Assembly: GCA_018831055.1 (NCBI GenBank)
Contig: JAHJRE010000002.1
Span: 97 to 64,096, forward strand
Direction: 5' to 3'
Origin: Bacteroidota bacterium
GTDB taxonomy: Bacteria > Bacteroidota > Bacteroidia > Bacteroidales > B18-G4
Length of the DNA stretch: 64,000 nt
The notes below the pieces were generated by a model that did not search any database, had not been told where the DNA came from, and saw nothing but the letters and a program-made list of their open reading frames with translations. The translations under genes and the position numbers were made by a program. This document shows, piece after piece, positions 55,337 to 64,000 of this stretch. Position 1 is the stretch's first letter. Every line of letters begins with the position of its first letter.

Positions 55337-56956
55337 ATGCAAACGATTAAGGATCACTTTTTCCCGGGTCTAAATGACATTCCCGAAGAATTTCGCATTT
55401 CCGAGCCTTTCGAGCAAAAGGAATACCTTATTGGAGGAAAAATCCTTACTTGGGCAGGAGATTATCAGGAAGTATTAAGTCCCGTTTGCCTTCAGGAAGG
55501 TGAAAATGTCATACAACAAATCCTGGGGCATTATCCCTTGCTATCGGAGAGAGAAGCGGAGATGGCTCTCGAAGCAGCATGCAAAGCCTACGACAATGGA
55601 AAGGGTGAATGGCCGGTAATGAGTGTACAGCAAAGGATTACACACATGGAAGACTTCACGCTCAGGATGCAGCAGAAGAAAAACGAAGTTGTAAAACTCC
55701 TGATGTGGGAAATCGGAAAATCCCTGAGTGACTCGGTTAAAGAGTTCGATCGTACCATTGAATATATCCGGGATACTATTGATGCCCTCAAGCAACTCGA
55801 CCGCAATTCAAGCCGTTTCCAGATCGAACAAGGTGTCATTGGACAGATACGTAGAGCCCCGTTGGGAGTTGTACTCTGCATGGGCCCCTATAACTATCCT
55901 TTAAATGAGACATTTACCACCCTGATCCCCGCTTTGATCATGGGAAACACCGTGATCTTCAAACCTCCAAAATATGGGGTACTGCTTCACCGACCCTTAA
56001 TGGAAGCTTTCCGTGATTCTTTCCCTCCGGGGGTGGTTAACATGGTTTACGGCGACGGTCAAACCATTATCAGCCCGATGATGCAATCCGGACGAATTGA
56101 TGTTCTCGCGTTTATCGGGTCCAGCCGTGTGGCAAATATCCTGAAAAAACAACATCCGCGTCCAAACAGGCTAAGGAGTGTGTTAGGACTGGAAGCTAAA
56201 AATGCGGCAATCGTACTTCCGGATGCCGATATTGATCTCGCAGTAAAGGAATGCCTGCTCGGATCCCTATCATATAACGGCCAACGTTGCACAGCGCTTA
56301 AAATGCTCTTTATCCATGAGGATATCCGGGATGTGTTCATAAACAAGTTCACCCATGAACTTGAGTCCCTTAAAACCGGTATGCCCTGGGAGACAGGTGT
56401 GATGATCACGCCTCTGCCTTCACTGGATATTGTTGATTATATGAAAACCCTTGTAAATGACGCAACAAATCTGGGTGCGCATGTAGTCAACCCATCCGGT
56501 GGAAAATCCGAAATGACATTTTTCTACCCTGCCCTCCTCTTCCCTGTTAACGACAAAATGAAAATTTTCCACGAAGAACAATTCGGGCCGGTTATACCAT
56601 CCCTTAGTTTCAAGGACATACAAGAACCGCTGGAATACATACAGAAGTCGAATTACGGGCAACAGCTCAGTATTTTCGGAACAGATCCTGGAAATATTGC
56701 CAGCCTGATAGACCCCCTCGTTAACCAGGTTTGCCGACTTAACATCAACAGCCAATGCCAGCGTGGCCCTGATACGTTCCCCTTTACCGGACGAAAAGAC
56801 TCTGCAGAAGGAACACTCTCCGTTTCTGATGCCTTACGCGTTTTCTCCATCAGAACCCTGGTGGCTGCAAAATCAACCGAACTGAACCGCGATATCATTA
56901 CCCATATCATCAGAGAAAGAGAGTCAAATTTCCTGAGTACGGATTTCATCTTTTAA
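55337..56956 (+). CDS. Aldehyde dehydrogenase family, non-phosphorylating NADP-dependent GAPDH (GapN)-like
   Basis: The ALDH fold shows FKPPKYG and LGLEAKNAAIV, and the catalytic Cys context reads YNGQRCTALK. The protein is 539 aa. Confidence 0.75.
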   Translation: MQTIKDHFFPGLNDIPEEFRISEPFEQKEYLIGGKILTWAGDYQEVLSPVCLQEGENVIQQILGHYPLLSEREAEMALEAACKAYDNGKGEWPVMSVQQRITHMEDFTLRMQQKKNEVVKLLMWEIGKSLSDSVKEFDRTIEYIRDTIDALKQLDRNSSRFQIEQGVIGQIRRAPLGVVLCMGPYNYPLNETFTTLIPALIMGNTVIFKPPKYGVLLHRPLMEAFRDSFPPGVVNMVYGDGQTIISPMMQSGRIDVLAFIGSSRVANILKKQHPRPNRLRSVLGLEAKNAAIVLPDADIDLAVKECLLGSLSYNGQRCTALKMLFIHEDIRDVFINKFTHELESLKTGMPWETGVMITPLPSLDIVDYMKTLVNDATNLGAHVVNPSGGKSEMTFFYPALLFPVNDKMKIFHEEQFGPVIPSLSFKDIQEPLEYIQKSNYGQQLSIFGTDPGNIASLIDPLVNQVCRLNINSQCQRGPDTFPFTGRKDSAEGTLSVSDALRVFSIRTLVAAKSTELNRDIITHIIRERESNFLSTDFIF

Positions 56957-56966
56957 TCTTTATACC

Positions 56967-57641
56967 ATGAAAAGAATTCTGCTATTCATCGCAATATCCT
57001 TGCTTCTGTCAGTCACACTATTTGCGCAGGATCGCTCCTCCCTGTATTTCGTCTTCCTGAATACAAATCCTGAAAGAGAAGCATTGAGTGAAGACTCTGT
57101 TGCCAGCCTCCAGAAAGGACATCTGGCAAATATTGACAGCTTGTTTAAAGACGGCAAACTGGTGGCCGCAGGGCCCTTTACCGGAGGAGGTGGTATCTTT
57201 ATCCTGAAAGCAACATCTGCCACCGAACTGGATTCATATTTCAAACGCGACCCGGCCATTCAGGCTAACCGGTTCATCCTGGAAACCCTGCCCATGAAAA
57301 TCCTATCCGGTAAATTATGCGATGTTCTCGGAGATTATACCATGCAAAATTTTGTCTTTATAAGATTTACCGATTTCCCTATGGATATTGATCTTGGGAA
57401 ATCATCTCAGGAGATATCCGAATTACACGCTGACCACTGGAGACAAGATAATAGTGATACAAGGATTCTGTTTGAAGCAGAATTCCCGGAGGGAAGCGGA
57501 GGAATTATGATCCTCGAATCCGATAATGAGATTCTCGCGGATGAATGGATGCAGGAAGACCCGTATTTAATATATAAAAAATACGCATACGAGATAAAAA
57601 CAATATGGATTGCAGCAGAAACCTTTTGTAAATCCCAATGA
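56967..57641 (+). CDS. Secreted protein with tandem YciI-like domains
   Basis: A signal peptide is present. The segment LQKGHLANIDSLFKDGKLVAAGPF is YciI/DGPF-like, and a second similar half follows. Confidence 0.45.
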   Translation: MKRILLFIAISLLLSVTLFAQDRSSLYFVFLNTNPEREALSEDSVASLQKGHLANIDSLFKDGKLVAAGPFTGGGGIFILKATSATELDSYFKRDPAIQANRFILETLPMKILSGKLCDVLGDYTMQNFVFIRFTDFPMDIDLGKSSQEISELHADHWRQDNSDTRILFEAEFPEGSGGIMILESDNEILADEWMQEDPYLIYKKYAYEIKTIWIAAETFCKSQ

Positions 57642-57677
57642 TTTGTTGTAATTTTATCAAAAATAAACCGGACTACT

Positions 57678-58292
57678 ATGAAGATCATTTGCATCGGACG
57701 CAATTACCTCGATCACGCCAAAGAATTAAACAGTGCCATCCCCAAAGAACCTGTTTTTTTTCTGAAACCTGACTCTGCTCTCCTGATCCGAAACCGACCG
57801 TTTTATTACCCCGAATTTTCTCACGATGTGCATTATGAAGTAGAGCTGGTGCTGAAAATCAAAAGGGTCGGAAAAAACATCCTGGAAGAAAATGCCAACA
57901 CTTATATTGATTCCATTGGCCTGGGAATAGATTTTACAGCCAGAGACATTCAACGTCAATGCATCAAAGAAGGACTACCCTGGGAAGTCGCAAAAGCCTT
58001 CGACCGCTCCGCTGTTATCAGCGACGACTTCATCCCCCGGGAAAACTTCAGTAACCTTGGGAAAATAGAATTCCATCTTAATCTGAACGGCATAACGGTT
58101 CAAAAAGGAAACTCAAGGGATATGATCTTTAATTTCGCTAAATTAATCGAACATGTTTCACGTTTCATGACACTGAAGATGGGAGATCTGATTTACACGG
58201 GGACTCCTGCGGGAGTAGGACCTGTAAAAATTGGCGACCGGCTTGAAGGCTTTATTGGCGCTGAAAAATTACTCGACTTTAAAGTGAAATAA
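57678..58292 (+). CDS. Fumarylacetoacetate hydrolase family protein
   Basis: The segments KIICIGRNYLDHAKE, YEVELVLKI and GDLIYTGTPAGVG are present. Confidence 0.85.
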   Translation: MKIICIGRNYLDHAKELNSAIPKEPVFFLKPDSALLIRNRPFYYPEFSHDVHYEVELVLKIKRVGKNILEENANTYIDSIGLGIDFTARDIQRQCIKEGLPWEVAKAFDRSAVISDDFIPRENFSNLGKIEFHLNLNGITVQKGNSRDMIFNFAKLIEHVSRFMTLKMGDLIYTGTPAGVGPVKIGDRLEGFIGAEKLLDFKVK

Positions 58293-58310
58293 CCGACATT
58301 TGACCCCGGC

Positions 58311-58604
58311 TTATCGGAAAATCACTTCCTCAATTACTTGCTTTCCGATTTTTTTGTTGATCGCCCGTTGGATTTTTGATCTTAACATGTTCAATTCGTT
58401 TCGGAGTGCTGCCGAATCAAGGCTGACATACAAAATTCGGTTGTGAACGTAAAGATTTTTAGTATGTCTGGCAATCAGCTTCCCCGCTACTTCCTCCCAT
58501 AAATGTACTACCTCGGTTTCATCCAGTTTTGCATCCAGCCGGTATGCCTGTAAAAGCTCTTTTATAACTTCCCCTAGAGTCTGTTCATTGGTTTTCCTGA
58601 TCAT
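58311..58604 (-). CDS. DUF721 domain protein (recF-associated)
   Basis: The protein is 97 aa and lies 3 nt downstream of recF. The pattern W.E.VG....H......G.L.V...S.A....L is present. Confidence 0.75.
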   Translation of the reverse strand: MIRKTNEQTLGEVIKELLQAYRLDAKLDETEVVHLWEEVAGKLIARHTKNLYVHNRILYVSLDSAALRNELNMLRSKIQRAINKKIGKQVIEEVIFR

Positions 58605-58607
58605 GGC

Positions 58608-59726
58608 TTAATTCCCGTTAGGTATCTCACTCGCTTTACCGGCTTCGATCTCATATATCTTATGCTCTATGCGGGCACTTTGAAACAACTTTTCAATTCG
58701 CTGCTTTTGTGTGTCCGTAATAAACACCTGCCCGAAATTGTCATTTCCTACCAGTTCAATAATCTTTCCCACACGTTGGTCGTCCAGTTTGTCAAATATA
58801 TCATCCAGAAGCAAAATGGGTTTGAATCCCTTGGTTTTTCTGGTATAATCGAATTGCGCCAGTTTAATGGCAACCACAAACGATTTTTGCTGGCCCTGGG
58901 AACCGAATTTTTTTATCGGATGACCCGTAATACGAAATTCAAGATCATCCTTATGTATCCCTGTGCTGGTATATCGGATCTGGATATCCCTTTCAACCGA
59001 CTCCTTCAGCAATTCCTCCAGTGAATTATCATGAAGCTGCGAAACATAGCTGATATCCACCTCTTCCTTACCTCCTGAAACAAACTCGAAATAATGCCGA
59101 AACACCGGTATGAAATCGGAAAGAAATTCATTTCTTCTCCTGAAAATAAAATCACCGTGCTGGATCATCTTCATATCCCAGATTTCAAGAGAATCTGCAT
59201 TAAAATAGCGCTTTTCCGCAAAATATTTCAGAAGAGCATTCCTTTGCTGTAATGCTTTATTGTAACTCATCAGGTTTTCCAGATAAATCCGGTCGAACTG
59301 CGAAATAACCGAATCAATGTATTTACGCCGGATATCGCTTCCATCGTTAATCAAATCCCTGTCGTAAGGTGATATCATTACCAGAGGAAACAAACCAATA
59401 TGATCGGCAAGTCTGTCATAATCCTTCTTATTTAACCGGAACTGCTTCTTATGATTAAGTTGCTGAATACAACTTACCATATCTACTTTGCTAATCTCCC
59501 TGCTGTATAACCCGTGAATGGAAAAGAAAGACTGTTCATGCCTGATATTCTGTGTATCAACAGGATTAAAATAGCTTTTGCAAAAGGAAAGGTAATGTAT
59601 AGCATCCAGGATATTGGTTTTTCCCACCCCGTTATTCCCTACAAAGCAGTTTATCTTCGGAGAAAAAGAGAGGTCTGCATCTTCGTAGTTTTTAAAATTA
59701 CTGATATTCAGCTTTTGCAAATGCAT
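58608..59726 (-). CDS. recF: DNA replication and repair protein RecF
   Basis: The N-terminus reads LNISNFKNYED...FVGNNGVGKTNILDAI, the SMC-like signature reads SQGQQKS, and the Walker B motif reads ILLLDDIFDKLD. Confidence 0.9.
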   Translation of the reverse strand: MHLQKLNISNFKNYEDADLSFSPKINCFVGNNGVGKTNILDAIHYLSFCKSYFNPVDTQNIRHEQSFFSIHGLYSREISKVDMVSCIQQLNHKKQFRLNKKDYDRLADHIGLFPLVMISPYDRDLINDGSDIRRKYIDSVISQFDRIYLENLMSYNKALQQRNALLKYFAEKRYFNADSLEIWDMKMIQHGDFIFRRRNEFLSDFIPVFRHYFEFVSGGKEEVDISYVSQLHDNSLEELLKESVERDIQIRYTSTGIHKDDLEFRITGHPIKKFGSQGQQKSFVVAIKLAQFDYTRKTKGFKPILLLDDIFDKLDDQRVGKIIELVGNDNFGQVFITDTQKQRIEKLFQSARIEHKIYEIEAGKASEIPNGN

Positions 59727-60598
59727 TATGAAAAGGTTCTTATCTTGTCTGCAATTTTTTTCATTAGCCAGGATGGAGTGGAAGTTGCCCCGCTCACACC
59801 TATATTATTTTTGCCACTCAATGCAGCGGGATCAAGTTCCGACTCCGAAGAAATCCGGATACTCGCCGGATTGGCTTCACGGCAAACTGTAAAAAGGTAT
59901 GCCCCATTGGAACTGTTTTTTCCTGAAACAAAAACAACCATATCGTGTGCTTTGGCAAATTTTCGCAGTCCTTCCACCCTGTTAGCGACCTTCCCGCAAA
60001 TACTTCTGAAGATCACAACATCCTCGTTGTTGCACCTTGCCGTCTTATCTCTGATGATACCGGCAATAGTGCCATAGGCTTCTTTATCCATGGTAGTCTG
60101 GGAAAACAACCTGACCGGTTTATTCATATCAATTTTCACCAGATCTTCTATTTTTGACACAACAACAGCCCTCCCCTCAGCATGTCCTTGAAGACCAATC
60201 ACTTCGGGATGAGCAGCTTTCCCAAATATTACTACCTGACCGTTTCTCTTTTCCATTTCACGGTAAGCTTTCCCGACCTTTTCCTGGAGCCTTATAACAA
60301 CAGGGCAAGTGGCATCTTCGATAATAACTCCATGTTTGCCTGCATTGCGGTATGTTTCAGGAGGTTCACCGTGAGCCCTGATCAGTACCTTTTCCTCCTC
60401 TGCATCGGGAAGTTCCTCGTGATCAATGATCAACAGGCCTTTCCTGCGTAATCGTTCTGTTTCTTCCTCATTATGTACCAGTTCTCCAAGGCATAGCAAT
60501 CGTCCTTCCTTTTCCAGGATGGATTCAGCACGCTCAATGGCAGCAACAACACCGGGACAAAAACCGGCATCCGGATCTATGTCCACCTTTATACTCAT
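59726..60598 (-). CDS. ispH: 4-hydroxy-3-methylbut-2-enyl diphosphate reductase
   Basis: The N-terminus reads GFCPGVVAAIE, followed by the motifs LVHN and ATCP. Its stop overlaps the recF ATG by 1 nt (TAATG). I chose the ATG at 60598. Confidence 0.9.
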   Translation of the reverse strand: MSIKVDIDPDAGFCPGVVAAIERAESILEKEGRLLCLGELVHNEEETERLRRKGLLIIDHEELPDAEEEKVLIRAHGEPPETYRNAGKHGVIIEDATCPVVIRLQEKVGKAYREMEKRNGQVVIFGKAAHPEVIGLQGHAEGRAVVVSKIEDLVKIDMNKPVRLFSQTTMDKEAYGTIAGIIRDKTARCNNEDVVIFRSICGKVANRVEGLRKFAKAHDMVVFVSGKNSSNGAYLFTVCREANPASIRISSESELDPAALSGKNNIGVSGATSTPSWLMKKIADKIRTFS

Positions 60599-60664
60599 AA
60601 GGCATAAAATTACAAATAATAGGATTTGGAAAACCCTTTCGGCTGGAATAATCAAGATGGCAAA

Positions 60665-61732
60665 TTACTTGGCTGCCTTTGCAAAATCAGATAAATTGGT
60701 GGTGATTGTAATGAAATTCGGAGATCCTGCCAGGTGGTACCTGGAACGGGAATAGCTAAAATGAAACTTTGAAATGCGTAGCCCAACACCCCAGGATAAG
60801 CCTACCGTTGAAGTTTTATTATCTACTTTGAGTTCCTGCCTGCGCTGATAATTGTAGCCAATCCTGAAGCTCAGGAAGTTTGTTATATTAAGTTCCCCAC
60901 CAATAACAACATGACGCATGGCTTCATCCGCCGCTTTAACAATCCACGAATCTTCTTTCTTTACGCCTGTGATGGGATCTATGCTCTCTTCTTCTTTTAC
61001 CGGATCGGTGTAACGAAGATCCCAGCGCTCCAGATGATTCAATAAAACCGAAAAACGGAATGGCAGATGCCTTAGCCCGGCCGACATACCGGCTTGAATC
61101 TCAAAGGGCAGGAGTTCATTATTGCTGCCATCATATGCCTTAAGTTGATAGCCGATATTCCTGACTATTAAGGATGCTGTAAACAATCCCTCCTCATCAA
61201 TGTAAGAACCGGCAACATCCACTGCTAGTCCATATGATTTGTATTCGTCAAATCCTGAATAAATTACCTTTACATCTGACCCTATGGTGAAATGGGGATG
61301 CAATCGTCTGCCCCATCCGATATTTAATGCAAGCTCAGATGCAGTGAATTCACCCTGCTCGATACCACTGGCATCGGTCTTTGTGAAACGCCCGTAATTA
61401 ATGAACTGCATGGTTCCTGCAAAGCTTCCTATTTTGTCAAAAGTGCGGGAATAAGCGGCAAAGCCATAATTGATCCCGGAAAAATAATCAATAAAACTAA
61501 GGCCGATATTGTTATTCATCTCCGGTGAGATCAGGGACGGATTATTCACTGCAAGCGTGATATCATGATCGTATATTGCCAGGAAGTTACCACCTAATGA
61601 AGCAACCCTGGCGGAATTGGGAAGATTAAGAAACTCAAAGGTATTGTCTCCTCCAATTTGAGAATATCCAGGGATAATATTCAGGAAAAATACCAGAATC
61701 AGTGCAGAACAATAGGTGTAGATACTTTTCAC
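60665..61732 (-). CDS. PorQ-like T9SS outer-membrane beta-barrel protein
   Basis: The segment FEFLNLPNSARVASLGGNFLAIYDHDITLAVNNPSLI resembles the PorQ N-terminal signature. The GTG at 61732 gives a clean signal peptide (KSIYTYCSALILVFFLNIIPGYSQ). The longest ORF starts at GTG 61819 and would overlap the upstream gene by 14 nt. Confidence 0.55.
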   Translation of the reverse strand: MKSIYTYCSALILVFFLNIIPGYSQIGGDNTFEFLNLPNSARVASLGGNFLAIYDHDITLAVNNPSLISPEMNNNIGLSFIDYFSGINYGFAAYSRTFDKIGSFAGTMQFINYGRFTKTDASGIEQGEFTASELALNIGWGRRLHPHFTIGSDVKVIYSGFDEYKSYGLAVDVAGSYIDEEGLFTASLIVRNIGYQLKAYDGSNNELLPFEIQAGMSAGLRHLPFRFSVLLNHLERWDLRYTDPVKEEESIDPITGVKKEDSWIVKAADEAMRHVVIGGELNITNFLSFRIGYNYQRRQELKVDNKTSTVGLSWGVGLRISKFHFSYSRSRYHLAGSPNFITITTNLSDFAKAAK

Positions 61733-61805
61733 ACGAGTCGTATTAAAGTTTGAACATAATTCACGGTATGCAAACGCAGGGTTTACATTAATATTATCAT
61801 CCTTT

Positions 61806-62531
61806 TTAAAAGTCGTCACCGATTTTCCGGACTTCCCCCGAACCGCTCACAGAAGTAGAAATATCCGGTTCTCCTTTATAAAATACATTGCCGCTACCTG
61901 AGATGGAAACATCAAGTGATTCTTTTGCATAAACCTTACTTGATCCGGACCCGGAAATCTGGATATCAGCATCCTGGGAACGAAGATTGAGTGCATAACA
62001 TTCACCGGATCCGCTGATATGAATATCAAGATCACGGGTACTTCCGGCAATATCAATTTCACCCGATCCGCTAATATGCACATCTACCCTTTTCATCGAC
62101 AACTCCAACATCATCTGGCCGGATCCGCTAACACCGAGGTCAAGGTCCTCTCCCCTGATCTCCCTTTTTGTAACTACCGTGCCGGATCCACCGATTTCAA
62201 TTCTGTCAACCTCCGGCATCTTCAGAAAAATGGTAACAGGTTCCGTATCCCAGGTACAAATATTACCGGCAGAAATATGAAGCATATTGCCTCTCACTTC
62301 TGTTTTAATAACATCCAAAACGTTTTCCTGAGCTTCAATTTTCATTTCCCATAATGAATCCTGCTCCAATACTATACGTGCATGAATTCCAAGGCTGACA
62401 CCGGTAAAACCTTCAACATGCCGGTTTTCCAAAATATAATCTCCTGTTCCCCTAATGCTAACACAATCACATCCCATCAGGGTAAACATCAAGGCAGCCA
62501 ATACAATGGTGAAAAGTTTAAGATTTTTCAT
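61806..62531 (-). CDS. DUF2807 / head-GIN-domain lipoprotein (putative adhesin-like beta-helix)
   Basis: The lipobox reads FTLMGC. Repeated GSG modules follow (IGGSGTV, VSGSGQM, ISGSGEI, ISGSGEC, ISGSGSS, ISGSGNV, VSGSGEV). Confidence 0.7.
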   Translation of the reverse strand: MKNLKLFTIVLAALMFTLMGCDCVSIRGTGDYILENRHVEGFTGVSLGIHARIVLEQDSLWEMKIEAQENVLDVIKTEVRGNMLHISAGNICTWDTEPVTIFLKMPEVDRIEIGGSGTVVTKREIRGEDLDLGVSGSGQMMLELSMKRVDVHISGSGEIDIAGSTRDLDIHISGSGECYALNLRSQDADIQISGSGSSKVYAKESLDVSISGSGNVFYKGEPDISTSVSGSGEVRKIGDDF

Positions 62532-62580
62532 ATTCCAGGAATTTATTTGTACAATGATACAAAATTCCGGGTGAAAATCA

Positions 62581-64000
62581 TCATGCGTTTTGCTTTCTAA
62601 TGAGATTCAGAGCGCTCCCTGCTTTGAACCAGCCTATCTGATTTTCATTGTATGAATGGTTGGCTAAAAATTCCAGGGTTGTGCCATCGCTGTGGTTAAG
62701 CACAATTGTTAACGGCTTTCCCGGGGAAAAATCTTCCAGACCTTTAACATCAATCAAATCATCCTCGCGGATATGGTCATAATCTGCAGGATTAGCAAAA
62801 GTAAGGGCAAGCATCCCCTGCTTTTTCAGATTGGTCTCATGGATCCTTGCAAAGGAACGTACAAGAACAACCTGTGCTCCCAGGAACCGGGGTTCCATTG
62901 CTGCATGCTCCCTGGAAGAACCTTCTCCGTAATTCTCATCCCCAACAATAATAGTAAATACCCCATTTTTCTTATAGGTACGGGCCGACTCGGGAACCGT
63001 CATATATTCGTTAGCCAGCAAGTTCAAAACCTCATTTGTCTTACCATTATATGCATTTACGGCTCCGATGAGAAGGTTATTTGAGATATTCTCAAGGTGT
63101 CCGCGGTATCTTAACCAGGGCCCTGCCATGCTGATATGGTCGGTCGTACACTTTCCCTGGGCCTTGATCAACAGCCGTAAACCTTTCAGGTCATTCCCTT
63201 TCCAAGGTTCGAAAGGGGCAAGCAACTGCAGCCTTTCCGAATCCGGATCAACCTTGATTTCTACTTTGCTTCCATCGGAAGCAGGCTCAACATAACCGTT
63301 GTCTTTCACCTCAAACCCTTTTAAGGGGAACTCTATTCCCAGAGGTTCATCCAGTCTGACTTTTTCACCGTTTTCATTGATCAGCTCATCCTTCATGGGA
63401 TTAAAATTCAGCGTTCCGGCAATAGCAAAAGCGGTCACAATCTCCGGTGATGCCACAAATCCGTGCGTATTGGGATTTCCGTCATTACGCTTGGCAAAGT
63501 TCCGGTTAAAGGATGTCATGATAGAGTTCTTTTCCTGTTTATCAGCATTATGCCGGGCCCACTGTCCGATACAGGGGCCGCAGGCATTGGCCAGCACAAC
63601 CCCGCCGATTTTCTCAAAGACGCCAAGGTAACCATCACGTTCCACCGTATAACGCACCTGCTCCGAACCGGGAGTAACCGTATATTCCGACTTTACCTTC
63701 AGATTTTTCTCAAGCGCCTGCCGGGCTATAGAGGCAGCACGGCTAATGTCTTCGTAGGAAGAGTTTGTACATGAACCGATCAAACCTACTTCAAGCTTTT
63801 CCGGCCATCCGTTTTCTTTGACCTTTTCAGCAAACAGGGAAACCGGAGTGGCTAGGTCGGGGGTAAAGGGTCCGTTAATATGAGGTTCCAATTCGGAAAG
63901 ATTGATTTCAATGACCTGATCGAAATATTCTTCAGGATGGGCATATACTTCAGGGTCAGCATTGAGGTGGGTTTTGATTTTATTTGCTTCCCTGGCAACA
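62581..64000 (-). CDS. acnA: Aconitate hydratase (mitochondrial-type AcnA), C-terminal ~470 codons; the 5' end lies beyond the window
   Basis: The frame stays open past 63891 to nt 64000 (..[48 protein letters not shown]). The Fe-S ligand contexts SCTNSS and [10 protein letters not shown] are present, along with the swivel domain. Confidence 0.95.
   Translation of the reverse strand, partial: VAREANKIKTHLNADPEVYAHPEEYFDQVIEINLSELEPHINGPFTPDLATPVSLFAEKVKENGWPEKLEVGLIGSCTNSSYEDISRAASIARQALEKNLKVKSEYTVTPGSEQVRYTVERDGYLGVFEKIGGVVLANACGPCIGQWARHNADKQEKNSIMTSFNRNFAKRNDGNPNTHGFVASPEIVTAFAIAGTLNFNPMKDELINENGEKVRLDEPLGIEFPLKGFEVKDNGYVEPASDGSKVEIKVDPDSERLQLLAPFEPWKGNDLKGLRLLIKAQGKCTTDHISMAGPWLRYRGHLENISNNLLIGAVNAYNGKTNEVLNLLANEYMTVPESARTYKKNGVFTIIVGDENYGEGSSREHAAMEPRFLGAQVVLVRSFARIHETNLKKQGMLALTFANPADYDHIREDDLIDVKGLEDFSPGKPLTIVLNHSDGTTLEFLANHSYNENQIGWFKAGSALNLIRKQNA

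Noticed and set aside
62532-62580. Imperfect hairpin ggaatttatttgta / tacaaaattcc between the aconitase stop and the DUF2807 start, as a possible terminator
   Set aside because: The stem is AT-rich and bulged, and no U-tract follows on the relevant strand. The evidence is too weak to call.

Overview
This window is a gene-dense, mostly housekeeping chromosomal segment of a Bacteroidota-type genome, with about 56 protein-coding genes, both window edges cutting into genes. The phylum call rests on a ~288-aa primary sigma factor, T9SS cargo C-terminal domains, a PorQ-like gene, the conserved DUF1573-yajC-YbbR-coaE and pyrG-yidC neighbourhoods, and TAnnTTTG boxes upstream of many starts. Confidently recognised genes include rnz, rpsA, ychF, clpB, yajC, coaE, yidC, pyrG, a long-form GAPDH, rpoD, htrA/degQ, dapF, mltG, recR, glmM, aroE, an E2 acyltransferase, gapN-like ALDH, recF with its DUF721 partner, ispH and a mitochondrial-type aconitase. 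I found no rRNA, tRNA, CRISPR array, transposase, integrase or canonical defence system, and I cannot support a well-defined novel multi-gene system here. The most unusual signal is non-coding. A dispersed family of intergenic elements is built from tandem 7-nt units (AGGTTGC/AAGTTAC/AGGCTGC type, plus one GATCGGA type carrying 9 GATC sites). At several loci these units form very long imperfect inverted repeats that exactly fill the gap between convergent stop codons, and they generate spurious low-complexity ORFs. Secondary candidates are listed below.
- A divergent locus pairs a membrane-anchored XRE-HTH/NTF2-like regulator (with a SAM-methyltransferase and a PAS hybrid kinase) with three secreted proteins: two beta-propellers and a small protein.
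- A YtfI/YtfJ-like (DUF2953/GerW) gene pair sits in a presumably non-sporulating lineage.
- An NRAMP-superfamily transporter lacks the DPGN metal-binding motif.
- A stand-alone OST-HTH/LOTUS-like mini-protein follows an AT-rich spacer.
- A GT2 enzyme is fused to a degenerate sugar-transferase-like membrane domain.
All product calls come from reading the translations by eye. No database search was run.
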